Part shown: positions 1-9,993 of the stretch, piece by piece
How the letters are laid out: the number at the start of each line of letters is the position of its first letter
Numbering within the stretch: the stretch's first letter is position 1
Made by a program: the position numbers and the translations under genes
Notes under the pieces: model-generated
Seen by the model: the letters and a program-made list of their open reading frames with translations, nothing else
The model's database searches: none
What the model was told of the DNA's origin: nothing
Assembly (NCBI GenBank): GCA_001687465.1
Contig: LVLI01000211.1
Location: 1 to 57,631, forward strand
From: Halocafeteria seosinensis
Taxonomy: Eukaryota
Direction: 5' to 3'
Length of the DNA: 57,631 nt

Positions 1-2165
1 CACAGAACAAGGCAGCGGTGGGTGTGTCCCTCAAGATCACAATGGCGCTGGAGCCGGTGGTGCCTATCTCTATTTGAAAGTAACGGATATGAGCGAAATT
101 CATGGGACAATTGATGTCAGTGGAGATGATGCCCCCGTTCCTGGCTGGCGTGATGATGGGTACGTGTTGATTTTCGTTTGTAGTATAACTTGTCTAATTC
201 TCTTTTTAAAAAAAAAATACATTCAAATGACCGCATTTGTTTTACAACATTGACAATGCTTGCAGAGGTGGCGGAGGTTCTGGAGGCGGTTTACTGTTGG
301 AAACGGTTCGATGGACAGTAGCTCCGGGTACTCTTAAGGCGAATGGTGGAGATGGATCCCAAGATGATCGGAGTGCTGGATTTGGAGGTGGAGGTGGGCG
401 AATTGGGATCTTTTGTGAGCAGGTGTTGGATACATTGGGTGAGAGTAAAGACGGATTGAATGGTGTACATGTTGAAGCTCATGGAGGAAACCTTGCTGGA
501 AATGCTGGTTCGTCGGCCCAACCAACAAAGCGTCGGTCGGGTCCGGGTACCTTCTTTCGTATATGCGGTAATCATGGGCGTAAAACACTAGTAATTGACA
601 ACGGTGAAAATGAATTGTCATCCCCAGTGGATGCAATCATTGTGAATAAAGCTGACAGTCTTCATGTTGACGATGTTCGACTTCTTCGGCGTGGTTCGTT
701 GCAATGGATGCTACCAGAGAAGCCTGTCAACAAGACCATTTTCTCGATTGGGCGACTCAATGGAGATCAGAGTGGAGTTTGGAGAATCCCGGAAGATCAA
801 ATTGGCATTCTAAGTACGTCGTCCATTGAACCGACGGAACCGGTACCTTCTCCTGATGCGACGGCATTAAGTCGAGGATACATGTACACGCGATTATTTA
901 AGGAAACGACTTCCATGTTTACCCGACTCAGTATTGGGGCGTACTATATGGATGACGTCGATTTGGCAATGACGAGTGTGGGCATAGATGTGGCGGCCAG
1001 TGGACAACTCGTTACTCCGCCCCATGTGACCATTCAATCGGTGTCTGTGACTTTACAAGGAGAGTGGTTAGGCTTAGAACGACTTAGTCTAGGCTGGGGA
1101 GGCAAGTTAAATGTGAACCGAGAGTGTGAGTTGTCACGATTCTCGGTGACGTCATTGCTGTTAGATGGGGACGCGGAGATGAATTTCAATGGCGAAGCGA
1201 AGGTTGACTTTGATGCTAACAGTGCTACTCTACTGGAACAGGCCAAACTGGAAATTAATAGTGTGTCGGAAGTGTTTATATCAGAATTGCGACTGTTCGA
1301 TGGGGCGTATATGTCGAGTGGTCGAAATTCAAATCTGACCATCAATGGTACGGTGAGGATGTTGAATAGTTCGACGTTGGAAATATTTGGATCCACGGAA
1401 CTACAGACACGCAAGCTCGAGGTATTATCCGAGTCTGCACGCATACTGGGCCGAGGAAACGGCTACGCATTCTGTTCTGGTCCCGGTGCTCCGAGAAGTC
1501 ACACGTCGCGAGGTGGTTCCCATGGAGGCCTCGGGAGTGATGAGAGTTCAGAAGAGTTTAAGAGAAAAGAGAATGCAATTTTAGCGTATGACGACGTGTT
1601 TTGGCCCACAGAACAAGGCAGCGGTGGGTGTGTCCCTCAAGATCACAATGGCGCTGGAGCCGGTGGTGCCTATCTCCATTTGGAAGTAACGGATATGCTC
1701 GAAATTCATGGGACAATTGATGTCAGTGGAGACGATGCCCCCGTTCCTGGATGGCATGATGATGGGTACGTGTTGATCTTCGTTTGTAGTATAACTTGTC
1801 TGGTTCTCTTAATTACCGCATTTGTTTTACAATATTGACAATGCTTGCAGAGGTGGCGGAGGCTCCGGAGGTGGTTTACTGTTGGAAACGGTTCGATGGA
1901 AAATAGCTCTGGGTACTCTTAAGGCGAATGGCGGAGATGGATCCCAAGATGATCGGAGTGCTGGATTCGGAGGTGGAGGTGGACGAATTGGGATCTTTTG
2001 TGAGCAAGTGTTGGATACATTGGGTGAGAGTGAAGACGGATTGAATGATGTACATGTTGAAGCTCATGGAGGAAATCTCGCTGGAAATGCTGGTTCGTCG
2101 GCCCAGGCAACAAAGCGTCGGTCGGGTCCGGGCACCTTCTTTCGTATATGCGGTAATCATGGGCG
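1..2165 (+). repeat. Internal tandem duplication: 1-~578 is nearly identical to 1607-~2165, including the intron
   Basis: Both copies start cacagaacaaggcagcggtgggtgtgtccctcaagatcac and stay alignable through ...tgcggtaatcatgggcgt. The first intron copy is 21 nt longer than the second. Confidence 0.95.
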
Positions 2166-5075
2166 TTATCTTATCGTCGATAATGGAGAAGATACTCTGA
2201 ATACCCCTTCCGATGCTATTATCCTCTCCGAGGAACCTGCACTACGTTTTGATAGCGTTCGTATTCTTCGTGGCGGAGGTATCCGTTGGTATCAAGATGT
2301 GAAACCGGCGAATAAATCGATTTTTTCTATTGCCCATCTTGATGGGGATAAAAGTGGTCGGTTGAGCATAGTGGATGATCAGATTGGAATTCTTAATACC
2401 AAAGCAATTGATGAGCCGAGTGTTTTATCGGAAGCATCTGAGTCCGTACTGTTTACCGAATTAAGTATTGGGACGTACCATCTAGACAATGTAAATTTGG
2501 GGTTGACAAGTGTCGGTGTGGATGTGTCTGCGGAGGGAGGGTTGGCGACTCCTCCGTATGTGACAGTGAAGCATGTCCCCATCAATCTTCGCGGTCGTTG
2601 GTTAGGCGTCGAACATTTGAGCATGACATCGGGATCGACAATGGATGTCACATGGAACAAGGAAGCTACATCATTTGTATTGAAATCGCTAACTATGACC
2701 GGTGATGCTCAGGTGCGTTTCAAGGGATCTGTTTCGCCTCCGTTTTCGTTATCGTCGATGACCTTGATGGAAGACACGAAGGTGTCCTTCAGTGGTTTTC
2801 CGGTAGTAAACATAGAGGGATCGAGATGGATTTTATATGACAATGCTAAATTTTTAGTTGAGAAGAGTTCGAGTGCCCAGATTGCTTTACGGGATGTAAA
2901 ACAGTATGATGCAAGTCACCTAAAGTGTGGGCGCGAGTCCAACATGACTCTTGATGAGGCATGGTCCCTATTTAATTCATCCCAAGTGACCGTGGAAGGA
3001 CATAATCAATTTGTTTTGGGAAATATTTTCATCGGTGAAGACAGCGTAATGACAGGCCGAGGAAATGGATTCGGACCATGTTCCGGGCCAGGACGTCCCT
3101 CCGACCGGTCCCATCGAGGTGGTTCCCATGGTGGTTTAGGCAGTTCAGAGAGCGTTGAAACATTCATTTCCAAGGAAAATAAGATGGCTGCGTACGACGA
3201 TGTATTTTTGCCGCAATGGGCTGGAAGTGGTGGGTGCGATCCGCATGATCATAATGACCATGAGGGTGGTCGTGGAGGAGCGTACTTGGATTTGCGTGTT
3301 CAACAATCCAGCGAAATCCGGGGGAAAATCGACTTGAGTGGGAGTGACGCTAAGGGGTCCAATGACCATGATGATGGGTATGTATATGCATTTTGTTTGA
3401 TTGCTGTATGTAAGATTTGATAGTGATATGTGTTTTTGTGTGTGTATGACACAGAGAAGGAGGTGGCTCAGGCGGTGGTCTTCTGTTTCGTACCAACGTA
3501 CTTCGTGACAGTGCCGGCCGTCTTCTTGTGAATGGTGGGAAAGGCCGAGATCCTGATCATGATCCACGTGGATATGGAGGTGGGGGTGGTCGTATTGCCT
3601 TGTATTGTAGTTCTGTTGTCAATACGGATGAGCCGATGAACACGGAGGGTTCGCATCGTTTGATGGTCGAGGCATATGGAGGTGATATTATTAATTTGGA
3701 AGACCATAGATCAGGCCCTGGTACATTTTACCATGAATGTGGTGGCAATGTATCTGCAAAGCATCTGATTGTTGACAATGGGGAAGTTACATTTGGCTCG
3801 GGAGCCTCGGCTACGAAGGGTAATTCTATATTTATTGTTGAATCTACCTCGGTCTGGATTGATAGCGTGTGGGTGACGAATTCCGTGCTGCACCTTCGTT
3901 CATCTGCTGAACAAGGTGAAGCAGGAGTGAATGTTGGTAGTATCCATGGAAGGGGCAATGGCGAAATCGAATTCGCGGAACTCATTGTTGCTGTGTTAGG
4001 TATGAGTACCGATATGTTTTCACTAGATGACCAGAAGATATCACTGCAGATGCTTCCTCACGGTGAACGGATCTGGCGCTCAAGTGTAACGTTTTATACA
4101 GATTCTCTACTCCTGACAAAGGTCGGTTTGAAGTTTTGTCGGGGCTCAAGGGGAATCCTTCCGCCAAGTGTGTTCGTCTGTGGCCAAAGTATCACAAACA
4201 ATGGGAGGCTGAACGGTGTTTCCAACATTACGTTTTGTCCGTCTGACGAGCATGGGAACATTTTAGGGACTGAACGAATTGAAGGCTGCACAGATCCACA
4301 ATTCCCCAATTTTAATCCGTTGGCGACAGTAGACGACGGCTCGTGTAGTAAAGGCGATCTAACGAGGGGTTGCACCTACAGTGTTGCTGAAGTAAGTTAC
4401 TCGGTAGGTTAGTGCACAACCAATAATAGGTAACACGTCAGTGTCGCTTTACCTTTGCAGAACTTTGACCCTGATGCATCCGTGAACGATGGCAGTTGCT
4501 CACTACCACGCGATCTGGATGAAGGATGCCCATGCATGGAAGCGACTAACTTTAATCCAAGCGTAGAGCTGTTTGACGGTTCCTGTATCTATCCCACCCA
4601 AGGATGCACATATCCGGCAGCGTGGAATTACCAACGTGAGGCACAATGGGATGATGGATCGTGCGACTTTGGCCCGCTAGGTGAAATCGGCCGGGCAGTA
4701 AACTCCCTCGAAGACAAAGTCAGAAAGTTAGAGGAGCAATTAGCCGCAGAGAGACAAAAGAACAAACAATTGGAGGATGAGAAAGAAGAGCTTGCAAACG
4801 AAAAAGGGAAACAAGAGGAGAACTGTAGCCGTGAAATGGAGAAACTAGAAATTGAGAACACCGATATAAAGGAAGAGAAACGTCATCTTCAGGAGTCCCT
4901 GGACGAATGTGAGAGCAAAAAAGTCGGCAACAATAACGAAAAGCAGCGCTTTCAAACATTGTTACGGCAATGTCGACAGCAGCGTCGGGGATGCAACGCT
5001 ACTGGGGGTCAAAGCAGATCTACTTTCTCTCAGAAAGTTCAGAACGCCCCAAGGAGCGTAACAGCTCCCAGGTAG
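1..5075 (+). CDS. 5'-truncated multi-exon gene for a large glycine-rich repeat, putative cell-surface protein with four C-terminal GCTD-x-DDGSC repeats and a coiled coil
   Basis: The ORFs at 237-1838, 1822-3420, 3528-4412 and 4455-5075 join in frame through GT-AG introns at 160-265, 1766-1850, 3378-3454 and 4392-4460. The protein has repeated GGSHGGLG / GSGG / GAGG / GGGSGGG / GGGGRI modules, four GC(T/P)x..N(F/Y)..DGSC repeats and an E/K-rich heptad region. Stop TAG ends at 5075. Confidence 0.85.
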
Positions 5076-5408
5076 TAGCGGATCCGCCCTGCGGGTAATA
5101 CCACTACTACGGCGCTACAGAATGCTCAGAGTACTACGTGGATACGAATTCTTGAAAGGATTCATACAATCGCGTAACAGTTGAGGTGTAACTCCCCCTC
5201 TCCTCCCTCCTGTGGTGTTCGTCCACCAGTACAACGTTAAAGGACTCGCGACACCGAATCTTCCAAGTTATTCCAACGGTGAAGAGGTGAAGAGTGTCGT
5301 GAGACACCCGGAAAGGATACTGATGCAAGCACGTTGCATGGCCAAGACCTACTGTAAGGTATATTTGGGTCATACCGGCCACCCGTGCCAATTTGACGAG
5401 TCTACACT

Positions 5409-5502
5409 GGCCCGTCGCTGCTTAGCACGGGCCCTCGTTAAGAGAATGCGGTCAACTTCCTAGCCGATGGGTTATCTGTCACATGTGTGTGTGTGTGTGT
5501 GG
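5409..5502. repeat. Dispersed repeat copy A, ending in a (GT)n tract; inverted homolog at 57483-57582
   Basis: ggcccgtcgctgcttagcacggg..cctcgttaagagaatgcggtcaacttcctagccgatgggttatctgtcacatgtgtgtg aligns to the reverse complement of 57483-57582, with a few substitutions and one ~11-nt indel. Confidence 0.9.
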
Positions 5503-6149
5503 CACACACTGTGTGCCGTGGCACTGCCACGGTGCCAGTACTAGATTCCAGGTTCGGAATTTCGACCCGAAAACAAGCAAGTCTACACAGGCGGCGTCTT
5601 CCACGGTAGTCGGTGCGACGCCTCGTAACGTTGAAAGCGGTTCTGCCCCCATGATGACCGTCAATTATTTGTTTCCCATCTCGCCAGGTGCAAAATTCCC
5701 ATTCCGACATCACCTTGGTTTACATGACGTAATACATGTGGCCTTTGAGTGTGATTCGTCAGTAGAATACGACTTTTAAATGAGCCCTTGGGACCTAAGG
5801 CACACAAGGCTGAAATCACGAAGAATGCGCGGTGATGAAGGGATGACGACTAACGTTATGGTGGAAGCTTCCCCCTGGAGTGCGCATTCCATGAGACGAC
5901 TATATACGCGTCTAAGACTCGTCGCGTCCCAGCTCCAGCTCCTGCTCGGCGCGTTTGGCGTTCAAACAGCATCATGTGTATGCATTGACCCGTGATAACA
6001 CGTTCACCCATGATTGATGTCCATTAATAGCCAAGAAAATGTATCAGAACTAGACTACGCCACCAAATACGCTTGATTAATCAGCAGGCTGGCTGGCCGG
6101 GAAATTGGAAAACGGGGTACAGTTGTAACGCGCCGGAGAGGGGTCTTGA

Positions 6150-7053
6150 ATGGTATAGTATATATACTATAGCACCCCTAACACCCCTTGAAATAGAAGA
6201 TTCTTTTGTTTAAAAAAGTGATGTTATAGAGTGAAAACTTAAGCTTTAAATACCGTTATTAGAATTAGAATAGTGTGTTAACACGCCAATAGACTAGATT
6301 CAACTAGGGGTTTGAAATCAAAGTTAATGAACAATAAAGGTTTTGTGGAAAGGATTTTGTGCGTGGGTAGTCAAGAAGTCACGGAAATAATACCGGCGGA
6401 TTAATTACAAAATTCGGAGTCCACAAAGTGTTGGCTCGGCTGGGGATACTGGATACGCTGTTCAATTTAACGTCTACCGGTATTTTATTAAAATCTCTTT
6501 AAGTAGAAATTTTTAATGATTTTGTNAAATCGTTTTGAAACTTATAGTCTATATATTATATTCAAGATTTCTTTAAATAGAGTTTTTGATAAAACGATTT
6601 ATTAAAATTACTTATCTTTTAACTTAGAGATAATTTAACATATATATTTATAATGAAAATAGAAAAGATTGTTAAAGGACTTCAAGGAGTACCAGCCTTA
6701 TCAATGGACGCGTTTATAGATGCTTGTAAGCAAGGGGATATAACTACACTAAAGAATAGCTGTATACCATTTTCTTTACTCTATAATGAAAGAATTTTTT
6801 CTTATATAAATATAAGAAAAATGATAGTAACAGGATTTATAATTATACATCGCACTGGTTATAAAATTGGGATAAAAACACCTTTAAATAGAGCAGAAAT
6901 TACAAGAAAAACCGTTGACTTTCCTGAACGGTTTGGTTTGTCCAGAACTTTGGAACAACGGGAAATATTTAAACAGCGAAGAGAGACAAGTCTACAGAAT
7001 TATATTAATTCGGTTACTGAAAAAATTTATGACGAATTGTTAACCGATGATAA
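6150..7053. other. Strongly AT-rich island, possibly a viral or mobile-element relic
   Basis: Abrupt compositional shift: 6541-6600 has 11 G+C in 60 nt. The island contains several palindromes and foldbacks and an intronless AT-rich ORF. Boundaries are approximate. Confidence 0.7.
6416..6477 (+). repeat. 62-nt inverted copy of CRT-like gene coding segment 8403-8464
   Basis: ggagtccacaaagtgttggctcggctggggatactggatacgctgttcaatttaacgtctac equals the reverse complement of 8403-8464 (encoding GVHKVLVRLGILDTLFNLTST) at 59 of 62 positions. Confidence 0.97.
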
Positions 7054-7159
7054 AGGGACGAATCAATCTGGTACCACAGACGAAGCAATGAATGGAGGAC
7101 GATGTTGGTTTGCAGTTAAGACACTCTGTACACTGTATCTTGCCACAGTTATCTGGTGA
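6653..7159 (+). CDS. Hypothetical 168-aa ORF with AT-rich codons and one ankyrin-like N-cap motif; possibly a relic
   Basis: The ATG follows tatatatttata. AFIDACKQGDITTLK resembles an ankyrin first helix-turn-helix. The 3' end runs out of the AT-rich island into host-like sequence. Confidence 0.35.
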   Translation: MKIEKIVKGLQGVPALSMDAFIDACKQGDITTLKNSCIPFSLLYNERIFSYINIRKMIVTGFIIIHRTGYKIGIKTPLNRAEITRKTVDFPERFGLSRTLEQREIFKQRRETSLQNYINSVTEKIYDELLTDDKGTNQSGTTDEAMNGGRCWFAVKTLCTLYLATVIW

Positions 7160-7168
7160 AATCACAAG

Positions 7169-8863
7169 CTAGACCCCTGCAGATGAGTTGTCTGGATCAA
7201 GACTATGTTCCTGGGGAGTCGCGGAACTGTAGAACCCGTCCTTATCCTCAGAAAAGCTTGAATATCGAGAGTTGCTTTCCTCGTGTCTATCTTCATCTAA
7301 TAGTTTGTTTGTTTCGCTGTACGCCACACGAGAGGTGGACTTCCAAAAGCATGCACAGCGGAGGCAATCCCACAACGACCTTCCTATGTTCTTGATTCGT
7401 GGACCATTCCCTGGTATCTCAGGTTCCGATTGGTATGTGATGATGCCCAGCGCCAAGGCAAAAAGAGCAAATCCATCAAACAGTGAAAACTTTGAGTATG
7501 CCGGTCCAGAGACAAATCTCCACATCAGTAGCAGATCAACTATGGGTAGCCTCACTGTAGAGGCTACGACAAACAACACACTCGAGCCTTGCCGGAAAAT
7601 GAAAAGCATTAGCATATTGTACGTAATATTGAAAACAATAAAGAAAATGAAAAGCCAAATTGGAGCTACACCATGCTCGCCTGATCCACCTGCACACGAT
7701 AAGAACAATCAATAGTAATAGCATTCGAGCACGGTCATCGTCAAGAGCTAACTTACACTCGGCATCGGGTTTCGGTGCATGACCAAAAAAACAGGAATTT
7801 GCGTCTACAATATAGTCTCCTAAATCTGCAAGGACAGAAATTGAACCAATCAAAATGACAAGCATATGCAAATTGCCACAGAGACCAGAGGTACTGTAGT
7901 CACGTACGACTAAGAGGCACATAATCCGCAGTAAAGGGTAGTCCTACGGTTGGTATCAGCACAAGCCCAAACAAGAGCTGCCAGAAACCGACCCAAGCAT
8001 TCATATAAAACTCGTCCAGATCTCCCAACTTTTTCAATGCGACCTCTTTGTACTGCAGTGGGATTTAGTTGAGATGTAAGTGGGTCAAGGATACCACACA
8101 ATTTGTACCAGTGACTTACAGCGTTACTGAAAGCATTAGGAATACAGCTGGCAATCATTACCAACGACCATCCAGCATATGCAATACCGTTTGCCTGAGC
8201 CCCATCATCGGCACTATTTGCGGTACCATCCAACCTCGGGATCATTCTGACCAACACTCCATACACCGCCAGAATAGCTCCCAAGTAGTGAGTCTTATGG
8301 AACGAATTCCCGAGCAAGAGAAAGTTCAGGCCCATCTGAAACGGGATCACAGCTTGTCCTAGAACCACAGATGCAGTTCCCCCAATAGCCCGAACGGGAA
8401 ATGTAGATGTTAAATTGAACAGCGTATCCAGTATCCCCAGCCGAACCAACACTTTATGGACTCCCCAGCTCCTACTCGCTGCCGGGGTGGATTTGGACCA
8501 AAATGCCTTGTACCAAACGATAGGCCACAGAATGACGACGAACCCTATTGGGAGTATAAACGCACTGAAATACCACGTATAATTGTCCATTTCGTAGGCG
8601 ATTCGGTAATAGATAGCTTGGTCAATGGATCTCGTTGCAATCAATGCCACCACCAGTAATATCAATTTCAGCGTAATTTTTGCCGGAGGTGGAGCGGTAG
8701 CCTCCTCCGACCCCGTCTGAGAGCTAGTCCGAGCTGCCAAGGCTTGTACTTCCTTGGGTAAGAGAGGATCGGGGACAACGTCTCCTTGTGGCTGATATCC
8801 CGTTGAAGTGCCTTTCTCCACCTCCGCTCCGCTCAGTCTTCGCTTTCGCGTTTCCTGCTCCAT
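7169..8863 (-). CDS. CRT-like (chloroquine-resistance-transporter family, DMT superfamily) multipass membrane transporter
   Basis: ATG at 8863 (MEQETRK). Many hydrophobic helices, with motifs LGILDTLFN, LGQAVIPFQM, SCIPNAFSNA|YKEVALK and FNITYNMLMLFIFRQGSSVLFVVASTVRLP. Intron 8053-8119 was verified in frame; further short introns lie near 7700-7920. Confidence 0.85.
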
Positions 8864-9993
8864 CGTTAATTTTAGATTCTTTTCTTCCAATAAGCGAAAG
8901 AACGTTTTAAGCAACTGAAATGCACTTAAAAGGGAGGAATAAGCCCTCTGTAATGCACGATAATGGCCAAAATAGTCCCTCCTTGGCCAGCAACTTCAAC
9001 AAGACAATCATTTCGTCGCCTTATTAAGCGGACTATTTCACTACAACCGAAATCCATGGATCATGGATCAATGTCTTGTCAAAGGATGTCTTTTATGGAT
9101 TATACTGGAAGGCATCAAATGCGCAGCAACACTACCGGCTGTCGGTCGATCGAGCAAGAACGAAGAAAAAGACGTCCAACTTGAAGTTGGTAAGCAAGAA
9201 ATGAGGTTGGATAGCCTTATTTAGGGCTATATTCACGCTATACACTCTTATTTTGGGTATCTTGTACAGGACGTGTTAACAAATTATCAGCGAAATCAAT
9301 ATACCGTATCGCAGGCGATAAAATCCGCAGGAAAACAATGAAAATCCGCGGAACAGTGCTCGTGATGGGCTTTATTACAATGTTAATGGCCATGATAACA
9401 GCTCCATTATCGTCATTAGGAGCTTTAGCTAACACGTGAGTGGCTTGAACTCGTCTTCGTTGTAGTCTAAAGTACTTGATTCACCCTGTTGACTACATGG
9501 CAACAGTAGCCCATTCGACCAGGAGACGGTCCCTAACTGGGATGATTCAGTTGTAGACTTAAAAGGGAAGAGCGATTTCCGAGGGAAGGTTACATTTAAA
9601 CAGAAGAAACGTTCGACAAAGGAGTGAGTAAAGAAACAGCGAGTAATGTTATTCTGGTGGAATATATTGTGAACGTAAATAGTTTACTTTTTTTAGACAT
9701 CGAAACGTACCCCCTTAATTTGTTTCATGCATTTTCTTCTTTCTCTCTTCTGACTGTTTTCGAGGTAGATAGGACCAAGATCACTGAACAATCGAAGGAA
9801 TGCAGTCTACCGTAAAAATGCAGCGGGGAGGGGACATACCGGGTCGTGATGTAGGACGAAGGTTTACTAGGATAGATAGAACTCATCTCGAATTATGAAT
9901 CCAAGTTCACCGTTCCATTACGCCCGAAATCCAGCTCTACAGGATATGTGGAGAAACCATATCGCGCATAATCGTACGTTTTACCACAGCGAT

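Noticed and set aside
5520..5840. Minus-strand translation KSRILLTNHTQRPHVLRHVNQGDVGMGILHLARW loosely resembles a Ty3/gypsy integrase zinc-binding region, and a plus-strand TDAS near 5317 resembles an RNase H motif
   Set aside because: Key His/Cys residues are missing, the two hints lie on opposite strands and the frames are broken. Not supportable without a profile search.
6416..8464. Diversity-generating retroelement TR/VR interpretation of the 62-nt repeat pair
   Set aside because: The differences are not confined to adenines on one strand, there are only three, and no reverse transcriptase is present in the window.
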